From IMG/VR virus record IMGVR_UViG_3300011335_000142, positions 1 through 43,560 of that record: a stretch of DNA of 43,560 bases; one strand, written 5' to 3'. The notes beneath the pieces were generated by a model. It was not told the origin of the DNA. It did no database searches and saw nothing but the letters and a program-made list of their open reading frames with translations. A program made the position numbers and the translations under genes. Within the stretch, counting starts at the first letter, position 1. Every line of letters starts with the position of its first letter. Positions 9,356 through 18,766 of the stretch are shown one piece after another. The stretch comes from a virus. Taxonomy: Duplodnaviria; Caudoviricetes.

Positions 9356-9586
9356 ATGGAATCTACTACACAATCTGCCATCAGGGCCATACGCGAGAAA
9401 GCGGAACGGTCAGGCTTCACTCTGAGCGATGTCGCATACGCGGCAGGCATTGACAAGGCCCAGGTCTCGCGTTGGTCTACCGGCAAGGTGGTTCCGCTGT
9501 ACTCGGCGGTCATCAAGCTGCAAGAGGCTTGCGATGCCCTGGTGGAAGTCAGGCTGGCGCAGCTACAGAAGGAGAGCCAGCAGTGA
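9356..9586 (+). CDS. XRE/Cro-like HTH transcription regulator
   Basis: TLSDVAYAAGIDKAQVSRWSTGKVVP HTH pattern; first gene of rightward operon. Confidence 0.8.
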   Translation: MESTTQSAIRAIREKAERSGFTLSDVAYAAGIDKAQVSRWSTGKVVPLYSAVIKLQEACDALVEVRLAQLQKESQQ

Positions 9587-10071
9587 ACTATGTCATCGGC
9601 ATCGACCCAGGCATCAGCGGAGCCGTTGCGGTATTCGAGGATGGCAAGCTGGTCAACGTCAGCGATATGCCTACGCTGAAGGTGGAATCAGGTAAGACTA
9701 CGAAGAGCCACATCAGCGCCATCACCCTATTTCGGATGCTGGAGGGTTGGCAGCAGATGGGCAACGACCAGATGCACATCGTCATCGAGAAGGTTGGTGC
9801 TATGCCTGGTCAGGGCGTGACATCAATGTTTAACTTTGGGCGCAGCGCAGGCATCATAGAGGGCGTTGTGGCCGCCTTGCAACGTCCATATACCTATGTC
9901 ACCCCTGCCACCTGGACGAAGGCTGTAGGCCGCGCAGCGGGTAAGGATGCCAGCCGTATGCGTGCGATGGAACTGTTCCCAAGCAAGGCCGAACTGTTCA
10001 AGCGTGCCAAGGACGATGGCCGCGCAGATGCTGCACTGATCGCTTACTGGTATCTGACAAAAAATGCTTGA
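9583..10071 (+). CDS. RuvC-like Holliday junction resolvase
   Basis: GIDPG, VIEKV, GVTSMFNFG and DGRADAALIA catalytic motifs; GTG start overlapping the upstream stop. Confidence 0.88.
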   Translation: MNYVIGIDPGISGAVAVFEDGKLVNVSDMPTLKVESGKTTKSHISAITLFRMLEGWQQMGNDQMHIVIEKVGAMPGQGVTSMFNFGRSAGIIEGVVAALQRPYTYVTPATWTKAVGRAAGKDASRMRAMELFPSKAELFKRAKDDGRADAALIAYWYLTKNA

Positions 10072-10882
10072 CCCGTTCAAAATCACAGAGCCAACGTGCA
10101 TATCGTTCAGCGGTGGGCGCACGAGTGCCTATATGCTTTGGCGGGTGCTGCAAAGCAATGGTGGTTTGCCAGCAGAGGCCATTGTCTGCTTTGCCAACAC
10201 TGGCAAAGAGGATGAGGCGACATTGAAATTCGTACAGGATTGCTCTGAGCAATGGAATGTTGAGATTCACTGGGTTGAGTTTCAAGACGCTGATCCTGCA
10301 TTCAAGCGCGTGACGTTTGAGACCGCCAGCCGCGAAGGTGAGCCGTTTGAGGCGTTGATCCGCAAGCGCAATTACCTACCGAATCCGGTCACCAGGTTCT
10401 GCACCGTGGAACTGAAGATTCGCAGCATCCACAAATATCTGAAGTCGCTTGGTTGGGCGCACAACGAGTCAATGGATTGGGTTGGCATGAGAGCAGACGA
10501 GCAGCGCCGAGCCGCAAAGATCGCAGACAAGTCACGCATTCCACTGGTGACTGCTGGCATCACTAAGTCAGACATCTCGGCGTTTTGGAAGGCGCAACCG
10601 TTTGACCTGGGCCTGCCGAACATGAATGGCGTGACGATGCACGGCAATTGCGATTTGTGCTTTTTAAAAGGCGGCTCACAAGTGTTATCTTTAATTGCAG
10701 AAAATCCAAAACGTGCTATATGGTGGGCCAAAATGGAGGCATTGGCATTGGCATCCAAGCCAAGCGGTGCGGTGTTCCGTTCCGACCGGCCTAGCTACGC
10801 TCAGATGGCGGCATTCGCCGTTGACCAGCGCGATATGTTTGATCCCAACGAAGAAAGTATTGCCTGCTTTTGCGGGGACTGA
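10064..10882 (+). CDS. PAPS-reductase-like (PP-loop) protein
   Basis: SFSGGRTS, FANTGKE, CTVELK, GMRADE, GNCDLCFLK and C-terminal CFCGD. Confidence 0.85.
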   Translation: MLDPFKITEPTCISFSGGRTSAYMLWRVLQSNGGLPAEAIVCFANTGKEDEATLKFVQDCSEQWNVEIHWVEFQDADPAFKRVTFETASREGEPFEALIRKRNYLPNPVTRFCTVELKIRSIHKYLKSLGWAHNESMDWVGMRADEQRRAAKIADKSRIPLVTAGITKSDISAFWKAQPFDLGLPNMNGVTMHGNCDLCFLKGGSQVLSLIAENPKRAIWWAKMEALALASKPSGAVFRSDRPSYAQMAAFAVDQRDMFDPNEESIACFCGD

Positions 10883-10884
10883 TC

Positions 10885-11106
10885 ATGCTTGACCAACTAC
10901 GCACCATGCGCGAACACATTATCTACCTGGGAACCCAGTTAGAGAAGGAGCGCGAATCTTCAAAAGAAAAGACTGTCCTGCTCAAGCGCCTGCTCGACCC
11001 AGATGACCTGGGTCACGCGGTCACCAACGAAGTACGCAAACAAGCCTATGCAATCATCAGCAACGAACACGAAAGAGAGAGAGAAAAATGGAACGGATCA
11101 AACTAA
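10885..11106 (+). CDS. Hypothetical protein
   Basis: Co-oriented ORF filling the gap in the operon (LLDPDDLGHAV...EVR motif). Confidence 0.55.
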   Translation: MLDQLRTMREHIIYLGTQLEKERESSKEKTVLLKRLLDPDDLGHAVTNEVRKQAYAIISNEHEREREKWNGSN

Positions 11107-12143
11107 GGCCGAGCGCAGCATCACGCTGGATGGCGTGCCCCGCAAGTGTCCACCTGAGTGTCGGCATCCCTGACTCGCCTAGCGGTGAGGCTGCGCAGAT
11201 TGGCACTGCCATCCACGCGCTGGCCGAGACGTGCTGGCAGACAGAGGATGACCCGAAGAACTACATCGACAAGCTGGTGGAGGGCATCCGCATCACCGAG
11301 CAGAACGCGGAGTTTGCGCAGCTACACCTGGACACCATCAAGCGCCTGGAGAAAGACTTAGGCCGAGTCCTGGTGGAGCAACACGGGACGGTGCTTGACA
11401 CTATGCAGATTCAGCTATCAGGGACGTGCGACGTTGTCGGGTACAGCGTCAAGGACTCCATCATTGAGATCGTGGACCTAAAGACGGGACGCAACTACGT
11501 TGATGCCGACTCTGCGCAGTTGAAGATTTACGCTTTAGCGATGATGAAGGCGCTGGGCGATTTCCAGACCATCAGGCTGACCATTGTCCAGCCCCAGGTT
11601 GGCGCGAACCGGACTCACGAGATGAGCCTGTACGACTTGCTCCAGTGGCGTGACAATGAACTGATGACGGCGGTGAACAGCATTGCGACGATGAACGCCT
11701 ACCCGATACCGTCACGCGATGCCTGCAAGTATTGCCCTGCCAAGCTACACTGCCCAGCCCTGCGGGAGAAGGCTTACGAGTTGCCCTTAGCGCCCACCAA
11801 GGAACTCAGCGAGAGCGAGATCGCTACCTGGTTGGAGCAGGGCGAACTGGTGGAGGCGTTCTACGAGGAACTGAAGAAGGTGGCGACCAAGCGCCTGGAG
11901 GATGGCGCGGCAGTGCCAGGCTGGAACCTGGTCCCGAAACGCGCTATCCGCAAGTGGAAGGAAGACATCGACATCAGCGACTTGCCGATTGAAACTGCCA
12001 AACTCTACAAGAGCGAACCAATCACGCCAGCGCAAGCTGAGAAATTACTGAGCAAAGATGACCGGCATCTGCTCGACGATTTGACAGAGAAAGTCTCAAG
12101 TGGGCTGACTCTGGCAAAGATGTTGGAATCCTCCGACATCTGA
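11088..12143 (+). CDS. DUF2800/Cas4-like PD-(D/E)XK exonuclease
   Basis: PSAASRW..CP, GTAIH, GTCD, IVDLKTG, QLKIYA, CKYCP...CP. Confidence 0.85.
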   Translation: MERIKLRPSAASRWMACPASVHLSVGIPDSPSGEAAQIGTAIHALAETCWQTEDDPKNYIDKLVEGIRITEQNAEFAQLHLDTIKRLEKDLGRVLVEQHGTVLDTMQIQLSGTCDVVGYSVKDSIIEIVDLKTGRNYVDADSAQLKIYALAMMKALGDFQTIRLTIVQPQVGANRTHEMSLYDLLQWRDNELMTAVNSIATMNAYPIPSRDACKYCPAKLHCPALREKAYELPLAPTKELSESEIATWLEQGELVEAFYEELKKVATKRLEDGAAVPGWNLVPKRAIRKWKEDIDISDLPIETAKLYKSEPITPAQAEKLLSKDDRHLLDDLTEKVSSGLTLAKMLESSDI

Positions 12144-12178
12144 CTTTGGGCGCAAGCCCGTTAACTTAGGAAACTGAA

Positions 12179-12757
12179 ATGCTAAATCTTTCAAACAACA
12201 ACGGTAGTGGTAACTCTTACATCCGCTTTGCTCCCCAAGCCAACGCCTGGACGAACCGCGACGGTGATGAAATCCAACTGAAAAAGGTGGTCATGGACCT
12301 GGACTCGGTGCAGACCGGCTGGCTGATGATTGGTGCTGGTGTACGCGATTGGCAGCCAGATGAGGTGCTGGGCGCGAAGAGCCAATCACCTGGCGAGGGC
12401 TACAAGCGCGGGTTTGTCGTGACCCTGTACTCTAAGGAACTCGGCCTGGTCGATTGGAGCGCCAACGCCTACGGCCCATGCAAGGGTTTTGAGAAAATCT
12501 ACAACGAGGCCGACAAGGCTGCTGGTGACAACGAGGGCAAGCTGCCGGTCATCGAGTACGTGAACTCTACAGCCGAGAAGGTTGGCAAGGGCAACACGCG
12601 AGTGCCGAACTTCAAGCTGGTGTCTTGGGTTGCGCGTCCCGCTGGCATGAACGCGGAAGATGGCCTGGAGCAGTGGGCCGAGCCGGAGCCAGCGCCTGTA
12701 CGCAAGGCGGCAAAGCCTGCGCCTGCACCTGTGATGGATGACGAAGAGTTTTTCTAA
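12179..12757 (+). CDS. Putative single-stranded DNA-binding protein
   Basis: Position between nuclease and primase; Pro/Ala linker and acidic-aromatic tail DDEEFF. Confidence 0.6.
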   Translation: MLNLSNNNGSGNSYIRFAPQANAWTNRDGDEIQLKKVVMDLDSVQTGWLMIGAGVRDWQPDEVLGAKSQSPGEGYKRGFVVTLYSKELGLVDWSANAYGPCKGFEKIYNEADKAAGDNEGKLPVIEYVNSTAEKVGKGNTRVPNFKLVSWVARPAGMNAEDGLEQWAEPEPAPVRKAAKPAPAPVMDDEEFF

Positions 12758-12771
12758 CCAGTAGTCTGGTG

Positions 12772-12803
12772 GCCGGTGGGTTGATCTCCACCGGCTTTTT
12801 TTT
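12772..12803 (+). terminator. Rho-independent terminator
   Basis: gccggtgg/ccaccggc stem followed by 8 T. Confidence 0.85.
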
Positions 12804-12827
12804 CCTCTAAAAACTGAGAACGAGAAA

Positions 12828-14924
12828 ATGGACACTGAAACAATAGCCAAAGCCCTGGGCAACGCCAAGCAAGTGAACGGGAACTGGCTTGCGAGTTGCC
12901 CTGTACCTGGGCACGGCAGGGGCAACGGGGACAAGAACCCGTCCCTCTCCATCAAGGAAGACAATGGCAAGTACCTGTTTCACTGCCACGGTGGGTGCGA
13001 CCAGCACTCGGTATTCGACGCTGTCAGGGAGCGCAACCTATTGCCAGCGTTACAGCGCCAGGAGTACAGTCTCGCGCTCATTAAAGGTGAATTGATGACT
13101 ATGCCAACGCTGGAGCAGGAGTGGGAGTACAAGGACGAGGCAGGCGAGACGCTGTTCGTAAAGCGCCGGTTCAAGACCAACACCGAGAAGGGCAAGACGT
13201 ACTCTCTGCACAAGGTGGATGCCGCTGGCAACCGCAAGGGCAGCATGACAGGTGCGCGGATAGTGCCCTACCGCCTGCCGGAACTGCTCAACGCACGGGA
13301 AGCCGGACGCGCCATCTACCTGGTGGAGGGTGAGAAGGCAGCGGATGCCCTGGTCAGCATAGGAGCCATTGCCACTACGAGCCACGCCGGTGCAAGCCAC
13401 TGGCCGGAAGACATCACCCAATACTTTGCTGGCGCGGTGGTGATAGTGGTTCCAGACTGCGATTTACCCGGGTGGAAGTACGCCAAGCGCGTAGTGGAGG
13501 CTCTGCTGCCGGTGGCTAAAGCAATCAGAGTGCTGGACTTCAACCTACCGGAATTGGGTGACGATGCTTATGAGTGGGTTGCGGATGGCGGGGATCGGGC
13601 AAGGCTGGCAGAACTCGCCAAGGCTTTGCCGGTCATCACCGACATAGACCAGGTGGTTACGCCCGAGTGGATTGTTCCACGGGAAACGAAAGAAACTACC
13701 GAAGTTACCGTAGAACCCGATAACTTCGGTAGAACTGAAGAGCCGCCCATCCTAGTACCACGGCAACTGCTCAACATTGAGTCATGGGATGACATTGAGG
13801 ACGAGCCGGTGGAGTGGCTGATAGACAACGTACTCCCAAAGAAGGCGTTTGCAGCCCTATATGGACCGCCAGGCAGTTACAAGTCCTTTGTTGCCCTGGA
13901 CATTGCGGAGGCGGTGGCAACGGGCAGGGCGTGGATGGGGCGGGAGGTGCAAGCTGCCGGTGCGGTGCTGTACATCTGCGGGGAGGGATTCGGCGGCATC
14001 GGCGCACGCATCAAAGCCTGCAAGATGCACAACCGCACGCAAGCTGGAGCCGAAATCTACGTCATCAGGGCCGCGATAAACATGAGGAGCAGCGCCGAGG
14101 ACTTCGATCTGCTGGTGGCCTCGATAAAGGACCTGGTGGAGAAGACCGGCGTCCAGTTCGAACTGGTGCAGATTGACACCTTAGCCCGAGCGTTTGGCGG
14201 TGGCAACGAGAACAACTCAGAGGACATGGGAGCGTTTATCCACAACGCGGGAAGGATTCAGCGGATGTTGGGCTGCGCCATGATGGTCTTGCATCACAGC
14301 GGAAAGGATGCCACCAAGGGTTTGCGGGGACATAGCAGCCTGCTGGGAGCCGTGGATACCCAGTTGGAACTGATGAAGATTGACTCAGTGCCCAACCCGT
14401 CAGGCCCGATAGCTGGCAGCGGCATCCTCACCATCAGCAAGCAGAAGGATGGCCAGGACGGGGTGAAGATTGGGTTTGAGATGGTGAAGGTGGAGATACA
14501 GGGCGGGACGTTAGGCATTGCTGACGCACAGATCAGCCTGGCGGTCAGGGCATCAGACGAGGCGATTCAGCAGGAAATGCAGCAGCAAGCAGTGCAGCGT
14601 GAATCCAAACCACGCAAGCTGCAAGAGAACCAACAGGTGGCGCTGAACGCCATTCATAAGGCGTTAGAAAAGAATGGGCACATGACAAATGTGGGTGAGG
14701 AACGCCATAAGACGGTTACTGTGAACGAGTGGAAGGAGGCGTTTACCAAGCTGAAGGGTGACAGCAAGTCCATCGACAGCGACTTCTACAAGGGAAAGAA
14801 GTCGATGTTCGCATTGGAATTGGTTGGGTATTACGCAGTGACGATAGATGAAAAGGAAGTCACTTACTGCTGGGTGATTTACCCCGACAAGGACAAAGAT
14901 GAGCCGTTTGTGTCCTCATTTTGA
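12828..14924 (+). CDS. Primase-helicase (Zn finger + TOPRIM + RepA/AAA_25 helicase)
   Basis: CPVPGH...CHGGC, VEGEKAAD, PDCD..G, Walker A GPPGSYKS, IDTL, HHSGK, LRGHSSL. Confidence 0.9.
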   Translation: MDTETIAKALGNAKQVNGNWLASCPVPGHGRGNGDKNPSLSIKEDNGKYLFHCHGGCDQHSVFDAVRERNLLPALQRQEYSLALIKGELMTMPTLEQEWEYKDEAGETLFVKRRFKTNTEKGKTYSLHKVDAAGNRKGSMTGARIVPYRLPELLNAREAGRAIYLVEGEKAADALVSIGAIATTSHAGASHWPEDITQYFAGAVVIVVPDCDLPGWKYAKRVVEALLPVAKAIRVLDFNLPELGDDAYEWVADGGDRARLAELAKALPVITDIDQVVTPEWIVPRETKETTEVTVEPDNFGRTEEPPILVPRQLLNIESWDDIEDEPVEWLIDNVLPKKAFAALYGPPGSYKSFVALDIAEAVATGRAWMGREVQAAGAVLYICGEGFGGIGARIKACKMHNRTQAGAEIYVIRAAINMRSSAEDFDLLVASIKDLVEKTGVQFELVQIDTLARAFGGGNENNSEDMGAFIHNAGRIQRMLGCAMMVLHHSGKDATKGLRGHSSLLGAVDTQLELMKIDSVPNPSGPIAGSGILTISKQKDGQDGVKIGFEMVKVEIQGGTLGIADAQISLAVRASDEAIQQEMQQQAVQRESKPRKLQENQQVALNAIHKALEKNGHMTNVGEERHKTVTVNEWKEAFTKLKGDSKSIDSDFYKGKKSMFALELVGYYAVTIDEKEVTYCWVIYPDKDKDEPFVSSF

Positions 14925-15148
14925 TAGCCGACTTATGAAGTTGGCTATGAAAACATGGCAAGCTGGCTATGTACTAATGTTTGAGAAACATAGCCGACTT
15001 GTAAAAACATGGCAAGCTGGCTATGGTCAAGTCGGCCAGAAATAGGTAGTCGGATAGCCGACTTGCATAATATTGCTTAATGCAATATGAAGTCGGCTAG
15101 TCGGCTATCTCGGGATTTTGAAGTTGGCTATCAGTTGAAGTCGGCTAT
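14924..15148. repeat. Iteron-like direct and inverted repeat array; probable replication origin
   Basis: About 11 copies of AAG(T/C)(C/T)GGCTA in both orientations, a 22-nt direct repeat (14950, 15004), and an AT-rich palindrome at 15055-15099, just downstream of the primase-helicase. Confidence 0.75.
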
Positions 15149-15156
15149 TGAAGGAG

Positions 15157-15810
15157 ATGAGCATGGCATCGAGGAAACTTACGGATAGGGACGAGTTCCC
15201 GTCTGACCCTTTTAAGGTCTTCCAGCACTCGCTGATGGTGGAGATGGAACTGGCGAAGATGGAGCATGAGAAGACCTGGGGCATTGACCGAGTGATCGAT
15301 CTGGTGGATGCCGAGTTCCGCAGGAAGTTCAACGCGCAGCGGGAGCGCATCTGGGAGGCCAGCCAGGCGCGGGACGAGGAACGGCTGGAGAAGGCCATTA
15401 AGGGAATGATCGCGGCATACAAGGCGCTCACCAGGTGGGCGACTGAGGCAGGCATTGAGCAGATGCCTAGAATCGATTGCATGGAACACCGGATGGCCGA
15501 CGGGAGCCTGATGGTCATCGTGAGGGACAAGCAGATGGCGACTTGGTACGAGCAATTCCGCAAGGAGCCAGGCTCACGCTCGATCTGGACACTCGCGGAA
15601 CTCGAGGTGGTGATGACGGGTCCTACGCTGACTCAGGTACGCGGTATCAAGGCGGCGATACCAAGCGCGACAATGGTTCCCGTGACGCCGCAAGGCAGCA
15701 GCGGGTTTGAGGAGATGGAGAACGACATCGACATCAGCAAACCGTTCAAGGGCGGGAAGATGTTTGATACGAAGGCAGCAGAAAGGGCTAAGAATGAGCG
15801 CAGGACGTGA
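15157..15810 (+). CDS. Hypothetical phage protein
   Basis: ~217-aa ORF with aaggag RBS, between origin and terS. Confidence 0.65.
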   Translation: MSMASRKLTDRDEFPSDPFKVFQHSLMVEMELAKMEHEKTWGIDRVIDLVDAEFRRKFNAQRERIWEASQARDEERLEKAIKGMIAAYKALTRWATEAGIEQMPRIDCMEHRMADGSLMVIVRDKQMATWYEQFRKEPGSRSIWTLAELEVVMTGPTLTQVRGIKAAIPSATMVPVTPQGSSGFEEMENDIDISKPFKGGKMFDTKAAERAKNERRT

Positions 15811-15873
15811 TTTGTGGGACGAGGTGGTACGCAGGGTGCTTGAGACAACGAAAAACGCTTGGAGGGTCATGTA

Positions 15874-16320
15874 ATGCCTGGGAATCCGAAAGTGAGAGCC
15901 GATATTGCGCTGCTGGAGGACATCGATGACGAGTTGATCCTGTCGATGTTCGAAGAAGGGCGCAGCAAGGCAGACATATGCCGTGGCCTAGGCATAGGAC
16001 GGCGTGCGCTCGATACGTGGATAGCGGACAACGACTACGAACCTATAATTACGCGCGCGCGGGTGGAAGCGGCCTCGCATCTCGCTTGCGAGACACTCGC
16101 CATAGCGGACGGAATGGACGTGGACAACGGCCAGCGCGACGTGCAGCGCATCAGGACGCGCCAGTGGCTGGCGGAACGCTGGGACAGGAAGACGTACGGC
16201 ACTGACAAGGCGCAGGCCGTGAACATTTCCATTCAGGGTTTACGCATGGAGGCGCTGCGCCACGTCGAGGTGGTTGAGCAGTTATCCACAGACCAGATGC
16301 CAAAGTTATCCACAGAATGA
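15874..16320 (+). CDS. terS: Terminase small subunit
   Basis: N-terminal HTH, RAR..AA...E.L.IAD...RI.TRQWLAERW..K.YG.DK pattern; upstream of terL. Confidence 0.8.
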   Translation: MPGNPKVRADIALLEDIDDELILSMFEEGRSKADICRGLGIGRRALDTWIADNDYEPIITRARVEAASHLACETLAIADGMDVDNGQRDVQRIRTRQWLAERWDRKTYGTDKAQAVNISIQGLRMEALRHVEVVEQLSTDQMPKLSTE

Positions 16321-16509
16321 GTGCATTTGCTCAAGGATTAAGCAGAAACACGCATAATCACCATGTTTTCATTCACATAATGGACACTGTGTTAAGTAGT
16401 TTGCTCGCACTAAGTGCAGACGCGCAGCGAAATACTCAATGGAATCATAGGCTTACGCGCACCATAGCCCAGCGTCAGAGGGGACGCGCAGCGTGCTGAG
16501 TTATCCACA
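16282..16509 (+). promoter_or_regulatory. Three perfect DnaA-box nonamers (TTATCCACA)
   Basis: TTATCCACA at 16282-16290, 16306-16314 and 16501-16509, each in the context GTTATCCACAG. Confidence 0.6.
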
Positions 16510-16658
16510 GGCCGCGCCCTGGCCGCCGGACCGCGCCAACCCCCCCCGTGGGGCGCTGGCGGCGGGGCGGTTGTGGCAGTACCTAAACACCTACCGGATG
16601 CACGTTCCCCCTGACCCGCACCTCGCCTGACCCCCTACACCCTACCTGACAACGCACT

Positions 16659-18086
16659 ATGTCTTCCAAAAAAAATTTAGCAAATCCCGAGAACCCGTTT
16701 ATCGAGTTTGCCCTGCGCTACCGGAACGACCCAGTGCTGTTTGTCAGGGAGGTGCTGAACACCGAGCCTGATGTTTGGCAAGTAGAGTTTCTGAATCACA
16801 TCGCGGCTGGAAACCGACGCATAAGCGTACGCTCCGGCCACGGCGTGGGTAAGTCAACCGCCAGCGCCTGGGCAATGGTCTGGTATCTGTTCCTGCGGTT
16901 CCCTGTCAAGATTGTGGTTACAGCGCCAACGTCAAGCCAGCTTTACGACGCGCTGTTCGCGGAACTGAAGCGGTGGGTGAAGCAGCTACCGCCGATGCTG
17001 CAAGATCAGTTGGATGTCAAGCAGGACAGGGTCGAGGTCAAGGAGGCTCCCAACGAGGCGTTCATCTCGGCCAGGACATCACGGGCAGAGCAGCCCGAAG
17101 CATTGCAAGGCGTGCACTCAGACAACGTCATGCTGGTGGCAGACGAGGCATCCGGTATCCCAGAGGCGGTGTTCGAAGCCGCAGCAGGCTCGATGTCGGG
17201 GCACAAGGCGGTGACGCTGTTGCTGGGTAATCCGGTGCGCTCCACCGGTTTCTTCTACGACACCCACAACCGGCTGAAGGATGACTGGGTGACGATGAAG
17301 GTGTCCTGCGCCGACTCGCCCCGAGTCTCAGAGGCGTACCTGGGCGAGATGGCGGCACGCTACGGCGAGGAGAGCAACGCCTACCGGATTCGCGTCCTTG
17401 GCGAGTTTCCGCGCTCAGATGACGATACTGTCATTCCGATGGAGTTACTGGAGATGGCGCAGCAGCGGGACGTTGAGCCTAGCGCGTCAGCGCCAATGGT
17501 CTGGGGCCTGGACGTAGCGCGGTTTGGAAGTGACCGGTCGGCACTCTGCAAGCGCAAGGGTAACGCGGTGACCGAGCCAATCAAGACCTGGAAGAATCTG
17601 GACCTGATGCAACTGACCGGTGCGGTGGTCTCCGAGTACGAGTCCCTGCCACCGAGTGAGCGACCTACAGAAATCCTGGTGGACAGCATCGGCCTGGGTG
17701 CGGGAGTGGTTGACCGGTTGCGGGAGTTGAATCTGCCCTGTCGCGGCATCAACGTCTCCGAGAGTCCAGCGATGGGCGCGACGTACCGGAACCTGAAGGC
17801 TGAGTTATGGCACAAGGCCAAAGCCTGGCTGGAGGGTCGGGACTGCAAGATGCCCAAGGATGAGGCTCTGGTGGCCGAGTTGGCTATCGTCCGGTATTCG
17901 TTTACCAGTTCCGGAAAGATTCAGATTGAGGGCAAGGACGAGATTCGCAAGCGCGGGTTCCCGAGTCCTGACAGGGCAGACGCCTTTTGCCTGACGTTTG
18001 CCTCAGACGCGGTGATCGGAGCGTTTGGCGGGGCTAAAGTGTCCTGGAGCAAGCCACTGCGCAGGAATCTTCCGCGAGTAGCATAA
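16659..18086 (+). CDS. terL: Terminase large subunit
   Basis: Walker A SGHGVGKS, Walker B VADEA, GNP, nuclease GLDVARFGSD and SPDRADA. Confidence 0.95.
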   Translation: MSSKKNLANPENPFIEFALRYRNDPVLFVREVLNTEPDVWQVEFLNHIAAGNRRISVRSGHGVGKSTASAWAMVWYLFLRFPVKIVVTAPTSSQLYDALFAELKRWVKQLPPMLQDQLDVKQDRVEVKEAPNEAFISARTSRAEQPEALQGVHSDNVMLVADEASGIPEAVFEAAAGSMSGHKAVTLLLGNPVRSTGFFYDTHNRLKDDWVTMKVSCADSPRVSEAYLGEMAARYGEESNAYRIRVLGEFPRSDDDTVIPMELLEMAQQRDVEPSASAPMVWGLDVARFGSDRSALCKRKGNAVTEPIKTWKNLDLMQLTGAVVSEYESLPPSERPTEILVDSIGLGAGVVDRLRELNLPCRGINVSESPAMGATYRNLKAELWHKAKAWLEGRDCKMPKDEALVAELAIVRYSFTSSGKIQIEGKDEIRKRGFPSPDRADAFCLTFASDAVIGAFGGAKVSWSKPLRRNLPRVA

Positions 18087-18113
18087 TTGCGCATCCAACC
18101 AAAGGGGTGATCT

Positions 18114-18278
18114 ATGAAGATTGACAAGGCCGCGAAGAAGATTGCTACTGTGATGAAAGAGTACAAGTCGGGCAAGCTGCACTCTGGCATGACCAAGCGC
18201 GTGGTGAAGAATCCAAAGCAGGCGATTGCCATTGCATTGAGTTCTGCTGGCAAGTCCAAGCCGAAGGGGAAGATGTAA
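18114..18278 (+). CDS. Small basic protein (DUF6496-like)
   Basis: Own translation MKIDKAAKKIATVMKEYKSGKLHSG...KNPKQAIAIALSSAGKSK. Confidence 0.75.
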   Translation: MKIDKAAKKIATVMKEYKSGKLHSGMTKRVVKNPKQAIAIALSSAGKSKPKGKM

Positions 18279-18766
18279 TGGCTACACGCGACGTACCAGC
18301 CAAGTACCAGGCGGCGATGAATCAGATGATGACGCCTGCCAAGGAGGTGGCGAAGTGCCCTATGCCTACCCAGGACGTGGTGCTGAACCTGAAGAATCGG
18401 GCGAAGGCAATCACCACTGCCGCCTACGGTCCGGAGAATCCGAAGCTGCCCAATAAGGTTTACTGGGAGCGTAAGGCCGACACCTGGGACGTGAGCGTGG
18501 AGGATGCTAAGAAGAGCGTCTGCGGTAACTGCGCGGCTTTCAACGTGCAGGACTCGATCAAGCAGTGCATTGCGAAAGGAATTGGAAATGAAGCAGACCC
18601 TTGGGGAACTATACGACTCGCTGACCTCGGCTATTGCGAGATTTTCGATTTCAAATGTGCCGCGAATCGTACTTGTCGGGCTTGGGTCGTGGGTGGCCCA
18701 AATACGGGTGAAAATCAAGACGAGGATGAATCTTTGGATGAAATGAATCAAGCAAATGAAGACTGA
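18278..18766 (+). CDS. Cys-rich hypothetical protein
   Basis: CGNCAAF, GYC, FKCAANRTC.AW motifs; coupled to the upstream gene. Confidence 0.7.
   Translation: MATRDVPAKYQAAMNQMMTPAKEVAKCPMPTQDVVLNLKNRAKAITTAAYGPENPKLPNKVYWERKADTWDVSVEDAKKSVCGNCAAFNVQDSIKQCIAKGIGNEADPWGTIRLADLGYCEIFDFKCAANRTCRAWVVGGPNTGENQDEDESLDEMNQANED

Noticed and set aside
11088-12143. CRISPR-associated cas4
   Set aside because: Solo phage Cas4-like/DUF2800 nuclease in a replication operon; no other cas genes
14924-15148. CRISPR array
   Set aside because: Repeats are ~11 nt, in both orientations and irregularly spaced, with no unique spacers
16317-16499. 60-aa ORF between terS and terL
   Set aside because: No recognisable motif and atypical composition; the region looks cis-regulatory
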